Source of the DNA: Catajapyx aquilonaris
Lineage: Eukaryota
NCBI GenBank assembly: GCA_000934665.2
Contig: JYFJ02004044.1
Span: 1 to 35,394 of the forward strand
DNA length: 35,394 bases
Reading direction: 5' to 3'
Part shown: positions 22,860-35,394 of the stretch, piece after piece
Position numbering within the stretch: position 1 is the first letter of the stretch
Layout of the letters: each line of letters begins with the position of its first letter
Position numbers and translations under genes: made by a program
Notes under the pieces: model-generated
What the model was told of the DNA's origin: nothing
The model's database searches: none
Seen by the model: only the letters and a program-made list of their open reading frames with translations

Positions 22860-25800
22860 TATATATATATATGTATGTATAGGATACGTATATTATACAT
22901 GTCCTATACGAGGATGTATGATAGAGGATAAATAGTAGGATAGATATGAGGATATGTAGGGTACTTGATGGGTTCAGCTAATTCTAGCAGTTATTAAAAT
23001 ATTAGTTGAGAAAGTTATATGATTCGCAAAATTTTCTGCAGTTGAGTCGAGCTTGCCCAAATTTTTTTTGCAGAACGGTTGGAGGGCATAACGATTCCCA
23101 TTAAAAAGCAGCGATGCAATACGGCAGTTGGAGTAGCGGAAGTTGGCCTGTGATCAAAGAGGGCTTGGTATGGGGTCTCGAAGTGTGAAATTCCAAGCTC
23201 TAGACGCCCGGAAATTTCCAGAGGAAATGAGAAGAAAACATTCAGAAAGCTGCTTAGAAACTTTCGGACACACTTTGTTTTTCGACCTGTTTTTCTTTAA
23301 AACCGAGCTGTCATCCTGCCATCTGGAAAACGTATCGATATTGTTTGAACTCAAAACAGATATAGCTTGCTCCCCCCAGCACCTGGCAACCGTTTGAATA
23401 TATATGGCTTTCCTAGGAAGCCGTAAAATCACTGTTGTATGAGAAGCCCACTAATTTTCCAGGTTAGGATCGTTAGGATCCTTGTTGGAGGCTGGAGTCT
23501 TTAATTCGATGAAGGGGGAGGGACTGGAATTGTTTTAGCGGTCACATTATCAACTGCGTACACACCCGGCTGGTAATCAACTTTGTCATCATTAGACCAA
23601 CGCCAGCCCAGTGGCAAAAACACTGCTAGACGACCCTACCTCCCACGACTGTTGAATATTTCACACCAGTCATGTGACTCTAAGCCAGGCCCAAAATCGA
23701 TGGATATCCCCACCTACTCTCCTGTAATGTAAGCAGCTCTTCAATGTAAAGTAGATATCCCTAGAGCACCTTTTTTTTTGTTGCTTAAGCGCTTGTCAGC
23801 ATAAGAGAGGAAAAGTATTGGGATTGGCAAATTTAAATATTGAGTAAGCGGCAACTTTTACCGTCAAAGTTTTGCAAGCTTATGACCTCATTTCCCAGAG
23901 TTGGCAGGGGGTCCCCCTTGTGCTATGACCCAGCAGGAGGTCAATCTAACGACTTGGTTCGAAACCCCCTATTCGCTACATATTTTAACCCCGAATGCTC
24001 ATATGCCTCCCCACAGAGTGTGACCCCCTAATGTGAGTGGGTCAGGCAAAAAAGCTTTTTCTACACCTGGGGAATTTTGTAGCCAGCTACGCAATTTTCG
24101 TGCCCGCAAATTCGACCGCCAAACAGCGAGTGGTACTTTCGAGGGTGCTGATGTAAATCACACGAGCATGTGTTATGGGGGACCAACGATTGGATGCCTG
24201 CGAGCACATGAGTTACATCACTCAACCATCATAATTTCATGGCATCGTAATGTGCCTGTAGGCAACATTTTTAACACAAACTTTATATAGTTTAGGCAGA
24301 AAGGGATACTCTCACCTCCGCTTTATCCTGGCATGATGCAACCCAACGAACACGCTCTGTTTCATCCTATCATGATGCTTGATATTGATAAAACATCGAT
24401 ATATGGTCACAACCTACAGGTAGGAAGAATGTGACATTAACATAAGGGTCATCCTGATGCAACACTTTCATGGCAGCTTAATGAACAGTTTGGGGACTAT
24501 TACATCTGGGAACGGCCTGATGCGCCTATTATAATACGCCGTTAAACACGCTAATGCAAAATTTAGTGTAGCGTGGCATTGTGTGGTAGGTCACTAACCA
24601 AAGTTCGAGTCTATATACAGGGGTTGGGCGGGTGTTAATTTACGCACATTAAAGGCGCCGCCTTTAACGCTCCTGCGTTTAATTGGAAGAAATGTGGCGG
24701 AAGCGAGTATGTAGCAACAAACGCTATCAGAGGGCCACACTTGACAGTAACAAATGAGTCCAAAATCAGGTGATGCTGACATGATGAAGGACCTAAAATA
24801 AACAAAGAACCAAGCTAGAAACCAGACATTCACATATGTGAGTGTGAGGGAACCCAGGGAACCCGGAAACAAAATAACGCATGTCGACGTACCGGAAAAA
24901 TAACGTGTGTCGACATCCACTTTGTAAGTCAAACTAGAGGTCAATTGAATTTCAGGGGAAGTCCCCCCCCTTGTCACAGTAAAAATGGAGCTTGCTCATT
25001 GGCTATTCAGGATGGGCACTGCTGAGTCAGGCACGTTCAATTGTATTAGGGCATCAAAGCGAGTACAACGAGATGACTGTTGCTCCTTAATTACTGCCAA
25101 TGATGGGTGTAGAGTCTCCTTGGCAAGTGCGGGGGGCCTCAATCCCATAATCGGCCAGGGGCACAGATTGACGAACTGCTTGCCCATATTCCCCCTGAGG
25201 GTATGGGCATGGGGGGGAAAAAGAAAGGGACATTTTCTCCCCCCTTTAGCATATTGCTACCCCTTACTCTTAGAGGATGATTCAGAGTTAGCGCCTCTTA
25301 GAATGATTACAACCTACCCCCATTTTGATACATAACATATGGCTTGGTTGTCGAACCTGACATTTTGTATGGTCAGAATGATGGAAACATGTGTCATCAA
25401 TGTTTTAGGGTTCCTCCTCATGGAAGAATCTGCGATAAAACCAGTCCTGGTGGACATGCGGGTACTTTTTCCGCTGGGCTTGCACTGCCCAACTCTGTGT
25501 CAATATGCTCGCTCATTCTCTGTGGACGGAACAAACTTTCTCAACATTGATCGTACCTACACAGGTTTTCCAGCCAGAAGCTTGGTTAATAACTGGGTGT
25601 TTGCAGCCAGGGCGGTAGAGCATGAATTATGTGATCATATATTTTTGGCATGTTTGCACATAGCTCCTGCTAAGCTTGGTTATGAACAAAAATGCACGTA
25701 AATCGGCCACACGTTTAAATCTATTCACCCAAGGTAAAAGCTGCATTGCAAAACAGTCCTTTGAAACATTCCTGTCTTGGAAGCTGCTAACAGCTTTTCG

Positions 25801-26306
25801 TTGTTGCCCCTCAGGGGGTCCTACCAGATGCCCTTCTTCCTGTAGAGATCCTTCCAGAAAATAATTTCCTCCTTAAGGTGGACAGTATTTCTACCACAAT
25901 AATTACAATAAAAAGTTTAAACAAAAATTTAGTTGAAACATCTTGAAAAGTGCGCACACCTGTGGCGAATACACGTGGAAATGCAGTGGTTTTGTCTAGA
26001 GGCAAGAGATGTCGCGCGACCCTATTATTCCAGGCGCCTGGTGCCTCTAAGGGAGAGAGAGAAGCTTTGGTGGTGCCTGGGAGGGAGCCAAGAACACAGG
26101 AAGCAAAGTTCTTCAGACAAATTCCTGGGAGGTTCCGTGTCCCCAAGCTAGAGAGATCTCGCGACTTGCCTGATCGATGCAAGGCAAACTCAAACTCGAC
26201 TACCAGATGGCGGACCAGGACGCTTTTTACAACTAGAGCTAGAACAGTACCTTACAAAATAATATTAGCAAATAGTACAGAAGATGTCATATTGTACATG
26301 AGATAT

Positions 26307-26452
26307 GTACTGTCTCAATTAGTTTCGGTCACTTTATCCTGGTCATGAAGCAACCCTTCACACACACATCTCACCGTGGGGCATGTGCGAATAGTTCAAA
26401 GACCAGTATAAAGTAGCCGAAACTAATTGAGACCGATAGTACTTTACAGTAC
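26307..26452. mobile_element. Small degenerate TIR MITE
   Basis: GTCTCAATTAGTTTCGGTCACTTTATCCTGGTCATGAA (26312-26349) pairs imperfectly with 26395-26433 across a spacer of about 45 nt. The outer GTACTGT...ACAGTAC ends are also complementary. Confidence 0.6.
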
Positions 26453-29400
26453 CGGTAGTTATTATATAGATTGTTTTGTAAAATAATATAGACCAATTTA
26501 GCACTTATGTAGTTATGTAATTAATTTAATTGCATATATAGGCTGTTGGGGCATTTTATGACAATGCACAAAATGATAGTGCTAAAGGTGAAAAGTTGAT
26601 CATTAGCCTCTTTAATTATTCCACCTTACTTGTTAATTATTAAGTTAAAAGCTGAATCGATTAACTGGTTAGGAAGCGGACGCTCAACTTTTCGAAACTG
26701 TTGTTTTACCGAAGATAAATTTTGTAACTTTAGGCGTCTACAAAAGTGGAGCAGTATCGAACTATATTACTAGTTTGTAAATTTAAAGCTTGATGCGGTT
26801 GTTTGGCATAAGAAGAGTTTGTAGGACACACCAACTAGAGGCGCCTGCTGGTATCGGTCGGAAGGGGGAGGATTTTCCTGTAAGGAATCTCTGTAATCCA
26901 ACCTTAATCCCCTCTGCCTCCAATTTCGGGGACCGTCTCCGCTTATTACAAGATACGCAACCAAGATATCGGAGATTATTTTGTCTTGTCTGCCACGATC
27001 GGCCTTTTGCCTCAGGGTTGTGCGGTACAAGACGGGTTCTAAAAGCGATTGTGGTGATGACGAAGATGCTGAGTCAGCAGCGTCGCACCCTTTGGACCAC
27101 AGCAAAGGCGGGGTATTCATTACAAGGGCCAAAGCCCACATAATTCGGAAACCCTACCGACATTTTTGATCTCTAATCATCTCATGCTAGAAAGTTCGTT
27201 ACAGGTGAACAAAAGAGAATGATAATAGCCAATATTGAGTTGGATTTTTATTGAATGATGGTTAGTCATCCACATGAAGGATTGCCACTAAATGATTCCG
27301 GAGTCACGCCCCTTTTTCACTCCCCTTCCTCTTCTTTACACTTGGCCAACACAATATGAGTCGCACCCCACTTGCATTCCCAGCAGCCATCTCCAGGGGA
27401 TATCCCGTTCATCCATCTATCCTCCAGTCTGGAGCGATGCAACCGACACGTGACTCACACCCATCTCATAAACATACCGTATATCAAATGACTCATGCTC
27501 TCATTAGATCCTGAAACATTCCAAATATGTTAAGGCAATAAGCAAATTTTCAAGAATTTACAGTGTATTATTTGCAAAAATTGCAAACATTTATTAAATT
27601 GCCATCCATAAAATTGTGAGCTCTCTTCAGGAGGTAACGAATCAGATGCTAAGAACAAGATTTTGCTTACTTTTGACATTTTCTAAGAAAAGGTGAGTTG
27701 AGTCAGCAAGCCAAATCTCCTTATCCCACTTTCGCTTGGTGTAACAATTTTCTTGACAACGAAGCAAATCAATTTGCCGAAGGGAGGAAATGTTTGTACT
27801 TTTTTTTTTTTTTTACAGAGAGTTTCATCCCGTTTCGGTCTGCTACAGACAGTAGCAAATGCGTACCAGTCAAATTTTGCTGTGAATGAATTTCCATCCA
27901 AAATGAGACACTGAACACTATCGATTTTATGTCCAAATGCAGAAGCTGCAACTATATTTTTGTGGTTGCAAATATTTGCAACTGGTTTTATGTCCCTGGG
28001 TCTACAAGTGACCTTTTCACCCAATTTTGATATTAATCTTCTAAGGTTCCATCTTGACGAAAATCTGGTTAGGAAAGTGATATTGACAGGCTTCAGGGCA
28101 TATCCTTAGGGACCATGGGAAGGCGGCAGATTCTGCTACTGCCAATGCCAGTTCTAGACATTAATATTCAATGAGATCGGTTCCATTTATTAGGCCTCAT
28201 GCCAAGCCAGTATGAAACCTATCATCAGAGGAATTCATCATCATGGGAACCTTCTCTAGCTTTCCCCCCCCCCCCATCCCTCTCTCTCCTGCTCATAAGC
28301 AAGTAATTAAGCGCCGGAAGAAGGGCTCTAATTACTTCCATCTGGTGATTTATCTCGTTAGTAATCCACCTTGTCCCTAGCGAGGATATGGCTTCATTTC
28401 CATACCTGGTCTCCACCGTTCGCTTGTAGTGAATTGAAATTTTGGGTCCAGAAGCGCCGTTGAACAAAGTTATGACTGACGAAGTTATTGAAGGGCGTTG
28501 AGGATTTTGTAGGTCATGAATGGGAACAGGATTCTTACAAAGTTGAGGTTGTGGAAGTATTTGGAGGGGACATTGTTTGGTAGAAAGAATTTGGTCCTGC
28601 ATTATGTAGAGGCACGGGGGAAAAAAGTGCTTGTAGTTTTTCTTGATAGGATCGTACCCAAGTACTTTATATTCGAAGCACTCGGGGCCTTTTATGAGTC
28701 GTAAAGGTTAGGGTAGTTGGCAATTGACAGTTGAGTTGTCGAGGACAAGGGCAGGAAAAGGTTAATGCTCCTGCATGTTACATACGAATGATTGAGATGA
28801 TATGCAATAAATCGATTAATATGAGTTTATTGCTTATACAAAATATGGTCAGGAATTTCAATTTTAATTAAAAATTATTAAAAATAATCCTGCCCTGAAT
28901 GTATATGGACACTGAAACAGTTTCTGTTGTTAGAAGCGAATAATAGGGGAACAACTAAAATCGGACTATAAAAAGTGCGCTGTTGGGGAATAGCAATTTC
29001 CCCATAATCTATAACCAAGTCTATAGCATAACACAGAATTTTTGTTTGCTGCCCTCATTTGCAAACTTTCACTAATTCTGCATACCTAACTTTCCCAACC
29101 CAAAATCGACTAAAAAATTCGTCAATACCGATGAGCTTTAAACCACTTAACCGTCCGGCTTATAAGGTACGTTGGGCTTGTCAACCTGTGATGTTTGAGG
29201 ATAATCATGCTTTTTTTGCTTGACCAAAAATCGTGCTGCAAGCCTGCCCTTGATTTGGTCAGTTAAGCTCTTATTAAAAACGTGTAGGGGGCGGGTTTCA
29301 GTGGACGATAAGGCCTTAGGGAGTTACGAAGCAGTGGTCATTTATTTATTATCGCGCTTGCGGCCCCCCCGTTTTTCCCTCGCCGCCCTTCCCGATAAAC

Positions 29401-29621
29401 TTTTTAAGCGAGATTTACGTCTGTAAGCTGCGGAATGCACTTCCCGCATGCCTTCGATCGCATGCTGGACTCCAACATGCACTTTCAGACCATGTCTACA
29501 TAAACCAGGTACACTGAAAATATTTTTTTTTAAATATCTCATTTTAAGTCTATATTTTAGTGAAAAACTGTATATAACTGCATGAAAATTCAAAATTAAA
29601 TTAAACCCAGAATGTTTGAAC

Positions 29622-29695
29622 AAAATTACAATTCAATAAAAATGTACAAAATTACCATTCAATAAAATGTAAAAATTACCATTCAATAAAAATGT
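29622..29695. repeat. AT-rich tandem repeat, 3 x about 25 bp (AAAATTACCATTCAATAAAAATGTA)
   Basis: Three near-identical tandem copies. Confidence 0.88.
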
Positions 29696-30941
29696 GTGTA
29701 AAATAATATTTTCTTACAATAATATAAAATGTATATAATAATAATTACTTTTAGTATAAATTATTCCACAGTGCTGCCACATGATCTTGAGCGTCTCTTC
29801 TCGTCAGGTTTACCACTCATCGGGGCCTCCATTCATTGAACTTGGCTTAAGAGGGTAAACGTTTGCTTCAAACATAACCTGCAGTCATGCAGAAGGACAT
29901 TTGCATATCACTTTGGCGTGCATTAGTGTAGGGCGAGAATTATTAGCGTGCAAAGTTGGGGGAGAGTGCTAAGGGGTTTTAGTTTAGGATGTGTTGATTT
30001 GCATGAGGCACGAAACTGGCAAGGGGGGGTACTATTGGAATCCTAGCCTGGCCCATGGGGCAGACTGCCCTGGCTTTTAGATGCAAATTCATGGAAGGGC
30101 ATTGTCATCGCGACCTGTCAACCTAAATTCCCATTTTGACTAATCCGTTTTGGGTTTTGGTATATCAAAATGTCGAACACGTCCAGGCATAGATTCTTTG
30201 CAGTTATCTGCACCTAGTGTTTCAAGCTCCTGAAAAAAAACGACCCCCCCTTTTTTTCCCAATCCCCTATTAATCCAGCTTAACTTCGGCAAAGCCCCAG
30301 CTCCGATAGGAAAAATAGAAGAAATGAATCGGAATTTTATTATACGACTGCGGACATTCCGCTCTGAAAGGATGATTCCGGTGGTTCAACTTTCCTTTTA
30401 GAAAGTTTGTCAGCTTTTGCCAAGAAGTTGGGCCTCCTTTTTTTTGTGCGTGTCGTGCAAGAGGATATATCTTGTAAGAAGAAGAAGAGAAAAAAAAATG
30501 TCGCTGATCCTTCTTTGCTCTTAGAGCTGTAAAGATAGTCCATCCTTACTGCCGCTGTGGAATGCTATTCTCTTTCTCAGCACTTAAGATATTAACCTAC
30601 TTTCTCGTTTCGAGCCTGCTGCATACTTCTTAACAAACTAATGAGAATTTTATTACGGGAATGACTCAGGACTTTTAATCACTCTAATGGACCTTTTTTG
30701 TATCCTTGCACGTGCGGATGAAACTCAAAAAAATATATATCTATTCTGCAGCTGAGGAATTGTCATTAATCCCTTTGATATATAATTCGCTGCAAAAATA
30801 GCGCCTAAGCTCTTAAGGCCCTCCAAAAAAGCCACCTTATTTTCAGACGCTTGCAGTTGAAAAGTTCCAACCGGTTCCAACAATGTAAATAATTCTCATA
30901 ATTATTTTGTACATTTTCAAAAAGCCTGAAAGTGTCCTTAA

Positions 30942-31421
30942 AGGGACACTCCACTCAAAATACAAGTTGGGCTCTAAAAATCGGGCAAGAAATCCTGATT
31001 CCGAGGGTATAAGCAGTTTTCCTGAGAGACGAACGGTAAGGCCAGGGCGAGGCGTCAAAGTTCGGCAATTCCAATCTGGCGCAAAAGAGCAGCGCCTCTC
31101 CCGGGTCTAGGGAGAAATTGGGATAATCCTCAGCCATATTTGGTCTACGCCGGTCGACGCCATCTTTGGTCCGTGCCACAGTCGTCATCCGACTACCTCC
31201 CGACCAGACCCGACTTTAACCAGTTTCGCCTAGTACCCGGGGGCGGCGCTGGCTAATGGGGCGGGCTAGACTGGAGGGGCAGCTCATGAGCAGCAAATTC
31301 TGAGACTTTGACGGCCCTTGCCTTACCGTTCGTCTCTCAGAAAAACTAATTATACCCTCGGAATCAGGATTTTTTGCCCGATTTTTAGAGCCCAACTTGT
31401 TTTTTGAGTGGAGTGTCCCCT
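30942..31421 (+). mobile_element. Kolobok/T2-type MITE (non-autonomous DNA transposon), 480 bp
   Basis: TTAA on both sides (30938-30941 and 31422-31425). Termini are AGGG(G)ACACTCCACTC. TIRs are about 105-120 bp with a few mismatches and small indels. No transposase ORF. Confidence 0.85.
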
Positions 31422-32696
31422 TTAATTCAGATATGCATCCTCTATGCAAATTCAGATTTTAAATCATTGTGTTAAAAATAATTAAGGCATACCTGGGTTA
31501 ATTAGTCAACATGTCCCTAAATATTACAATAATTTTAATATTAGATGAAACCACATGTTTTATTGCACTCCAAGGTGCTCTGTACATGCTCCAAACAAGC
31601 CATCCCTAATATGCAAATAGGCTATAAAAATTCAAGTCACAGCCACCCAGCAACCTTAACCATTAGCTCGCATCTAACAAGGAGTTTTTGTAGGCAAGTT
31701 GGGTAATCCTCCACGATAATTTTGGAATCCGTCCCCACGTCCCATGGATTTGATTTAACAGTTGCTCCACCGCAAATGTTGGGTGCAAAAGCTGGCCATA
31801 AACGTGGGAGCCTGTAGGGTTTGTATGGGTAGTGGGTGTGTCCCCCTAGGGATTTATTCGCAGGGTGTGTAGTGAGTCACACGTGGATATTTTTTGGCCA
31901 GGAGCTAGCAGCATGGGGGAAAATGAGTTCTGGCCATTTTTACCCCAGCTGGCCAGATAATTTGGACTGGGCCGAAAGAGTTTTGCGAGGGTAAAATTGA
32001 GTGCACGGGCCAAAACCTCATCAAGGGGGTGTTTTGTAGGCTCCACCCTTTCCAGCCTCTTACAGTCAAGCCTGGTTCTGACACCGACTCTGCCTTTTGC
32101 CAATTGATTTCTTTTCTCTTGGACCGCCGCCTAGAACAATGCTACGTTACCCACAGGCCGCATGCTAAACTTTAGGGAGGGCTTGCAGAAATTTTGGCTC
32201 GACTTTCTGAGTGGGGACATACGTCCTGAAAATATTCTAGTATCAGACGGGAGCATCTCGTAATAATTGGCTGAGTTAATGGGACTTCAAAAGCGCGTGA
32301 AAAACGAATCATATCAGATTAAGCCTGGGAGGGGTGTAAGCCGTATGAGAAATCTCATTAGTTAGTGATAACTGGGGGTAAATAAAGCGGAAAGTGCGAT
32401 AATGGGTGCTAGATGAGAAAACTGGAAGTGTCATCGCTTGTTAATTCTTGAGGTAAAAGGGTGGAGCTTCAGCGTTCAATACTGAAACCTATGAAAGTTA
32501 CTGTAGGTGAGAGTATCGGCAAACAATGCCTAGGGATATCAAAAGTTAACGTAAAGTATCGAAGCATCACACCTGAAGAAAGTTTACACCTAGTTTTCCA
32601 ATCAACCTAGCCACCAAAAAATTTCTAACAAAATTACTAAATTTTAAGAAAAAATTTGATCATATATACACTTTAAAAATATATTTCAATTAAAAA

Positions 32697-32800
32697 CTAC
32701 CTATTAAAACCCTTCGTTGTTTGTGCAAGACTTCCGATTGGCTCGGGCTATGTGTTATTGTTAACGCGACGGGCCCCCGCGCCTGCGCAATGGAGGGAGT
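32697..32800 (+). mobile_element. Diverged 5' fragment related to the 9295-9509 Helitron-like element
   Basis: The reverse complement shares collinear blocks with 9400-9509: CCATTGCGCA, GCG.TAACAATA, CCAATC.GA and AAGG.TTTTAATA. No intact termini. Confidence 0.4.
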
Positions 32801-34931
32801 CAGCGCCTCTGGTGACTGGGAGGAGGTACTGTTACGCGTAAAATAACATTTTGTTAATATAGCATTATTTCTCAATTGAATTTAAACATTAGTTACTCAG
32901 AAAAAGTACTTAACAATCATAATTCAACCTATAAGAATGTTTTCATATTTTTTCGCACACTCTGTAGAAGCACCAGCAACATATAAAATATGGAAATCTT
33001 CACAAAATTTTGGTGCCTCTCAGTCGAGTTCAAGTGGGGTTGGAAAAAGGACAAGTTTGGGTTGAAGACGAATGAATGCGAGCTTGGATTGCAGGGTTGG
33101 AAGCGATGGAGCGAACATTTTTACGTCCGGTTGGGTCCAGGAAGCATGTCTTTATATCTTCCTCTCTGCTTGTAGAGTGTTCTGGAGTTTCCATGGAATA
33201 ATCCAGAGCCGTGAAATCCAGCCGCCTTCTTGTCCCAACCAGTGACCGATGGCCTAATGGTGGGTTTATCGCGCCGTGAAATGTAGCCATTCATTTAGTC
33301 ACCGTCGACGACACTTGCATTCACATTTTTATGGAGAAGTTCATGTCTGCTAACAGATGACATTCCATATTGTCATTTTTCATCAGCTTTTTTTTCTCTA
33401 TAGTCCCAGTGAGTGCTTGGAAGGAATTCGACATGAAGGATGAGATTCTGCAGAGGTTTGTGTTTGTATTCTGCGCACAATCGGTTGGGACGCACCTCTG
33501 AGAATTGCAGTGATGGGCTTTTTCCGAGTGCCGAATCCTCCCAAAGGACACTTTTGGAAAAACTTTACCCAAAAACGAGTCTCACATTTTAAAGAAGGTT
33601 ATATTTTAAACAGATACAATTCGAAGTAATAGACTATCTTGAATTTAAAAAGTTTCGGTACCGTACCTAGTATTATGGCTGCCCTTTTAGTGAAGAGGAG
33701 TTATGAGTGAACAAAGTTAGTCACTTTGGCTGGAGTTTGGATGGCCCGAGGAGATTCCTGCGCAGTGGTCCATGCATACCGGGGCGTTGAAGACAAGTTG
33801 GAATAAGCAAATAAGGGAAGGATGAAGTCCATAGTCCTAACTGGCAAACTTTAAAGAGTTCTTCTCGCCTCGAGGGACCTAACCCAGGGCACAATTCATG
33901 GGGCTCCAACTTTAGGTCAATGTAGCTTGGATATCGGATGGGATTCGCCATCTTTACATGCCAGCCGTTTGTCTGCAGGAAACCAAGCTTGTTCTAGACA
34001 CAAAGGGGACATTCTGGTGGCCGATTATTGTAATGAAAACCGGTTGAATAGGGTGGAAGGGAGAGATGTGGCCTCAAACATTCAATTACAAGGCGGTGAT
34101 ATACATTCCTGGAAAGGCATCTATGGGCAGTAGGCAACCCATTCAAACGGACCAATTCAATGGGGTTTGCCTACTACCCAATTACCCAGCACTGATCCGT
34201 ACCATTATGTGCTGTAAATGATTGCAGTTGCCGATTGAACTTGTCGGCTAAATTCCTGGAATTTTTGCTGGAAAAGTATTCTGGAATAAAATGCCAAGCT
34301 CAATAATTTGTCCTGTAAATTGTTATGGACGACATTTTTTCTGCAACTTACACAACAATATTTCCTAAAATTGCATGTTTTGCGAAAATTTGATATTATG
34401 CCATTTTTGTCATAAAGGCAAGCAGGGGTTATTCCTATTGTCTTGAGCAGTTGGCAGCATTGGTCTCAGGACATCGCTGGCTCTCGGATCGATCTGCGTC
34501 GTGATTAATCCTCCGTCGCAAATTAAATGACATTTACATTAATTAAGTCTACTTAATGGGTTACACGCCGCACTTGGCGATATCACCCAATTAGCGTTGT
34601 GGTTTCATTACAACTCGCCAAAGTTTTGCGAAGCTTAGTTGCAGACCTCTCATTTTTTTTTTAATTCCGCAAAAATGTACCAGCAGAACTTTTATTTTCT
34701 TCTTCCATCATTTTTCCCTCGCTTTGAAATGACCTGCATTTTAAAGTGCTATTGATGCGTAATTAATAGGCTAAGCGCTGCAATTTATACTCTTGATCCC
34801 GCTGATGCGAGCATTCATCACTCATTTACCAAATTAAGGTCATTAGTCTGGAAATTAATATCATGGGAATGGAGCAAGGTTGTGCTGCAACTTCGGGCTA
34901 AAACGTGGCTTTGAAGAATGTATGAACCTAC

Positions 34932-34976
34932 CTTGTGGAAATGTTTCGGTGCAGTGAAAACTCCAATCAAATTCAG
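34932..34976 (-). other. Candidate 45-nt minus-strand exon
   Basis: Acceptor TTTTTTTCCAG and donor AAG|GTAGGT. Length is a multiple of 3. Coding status unknown. Confidence 0.28.
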
Positions 34977-35139
34977 CTGGAAAAAAACATTTCAAAATCC
35001 TAGGACGAATATTTGCAAATATATGCAAATTACACCAATTATTAGTATAAGTGGATTTTTCACACTAATTAAGTAGAAGCATACCTAAACTAAAATATTT
35101 TTCATAATTATACAACAGTGAATAGCGATTGTTGCAAAA

Positions 35140-35171
35140 AAAAATTTTTTTGGTCTGATGTTCCCCTTTAA
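35140..35171 (-). mobile_element. Solo Kolobok/T2-like terminus (TTAA-AGGGGAACATCAGACC)
   Basis: The reverse complement of TGGTCTGATGTTCCCCTTTAA matches the TTAA+AGGGGA terminus type. No partner end was found and the inner boundary is arbitrary. Confidence 0.4.
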
Positions 35172-35394
35172 GCAGTTTTTCTCTCTTGGATGGCATTTTA
35201 TGGCGCCGGTTACAATGTGGAAATGATGAGTTTTTTTTACTGCAATAAATATTTATTAACCTATATTACGGTGAGGTGGGTGACAGCTGGTTCTCTTCCC
35301 ATCCCCCCCAAAAAAGTGGGCTGCAAATCACAGTTTTATTGCAGCCTACAGCGTCATTTTTGCATTATCCAAACTTTGCGCCACTTTTTCGGGA

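Noticed and set aside
30843..31449. Apparently paralogous ORFs (LKGTLHSK.KLGSKNRA.NPDSEGI) on opposite strands
   Set aside because: They are an artefact of the MITE terminal inverted repeats.
1..35394. tRNA, rRNA, snRNA genes, retroelement or transposase coding remnants, prokaryotic defence systems
   Set aside because: I recognised no cloverleaf, A/B-box, rRNA, RT, integrase or transposase motifs by eye. Highly decayed copies could be missed without Infernal or BLASTX.

Overview
This is eukaryotic, most likely invertebrate animal, genomic DNA. It is mostly non-coding and AT-leaning, with one N at 6094. One protein-coding gene is well supported. It is a minus-strand LHFPL/claudin-like tetraspan gene most similar to LHFPL7/TMEM211, with three coding exons (19194-18928, 15751-15613, 15078-14843; 213 aa; GT-AG introns with matching phases). 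Its putative 5' leader is packed with upstream ATGs. The rest is intronic or intergenic and carries several non-autonomous transposons: two short Helitrons plus a diverged relic, a TTAA-flanked Kolobok/T2-type MITE, a small TIR MITE, and an unusual 471-bp foldback element built from 32-bp units around a near-perfect central palindrome. There are also minisatellites, hairpins, a YY1/RFX-motif-rich promoter-like region near the left end, and a few orphan exon candidates that may indicate a second large-intron gene. Nearly all ORFs in the supplied track look spurious. I found no CRISPR array, RNA gene, prokaryotic operon or convincing new multi-gene system. The most notable items are the foldback element, the uORF-dense leader and a Helitron carrying promoter-like motifs. 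All family assignments come from my own motif recognition, not from database searches.
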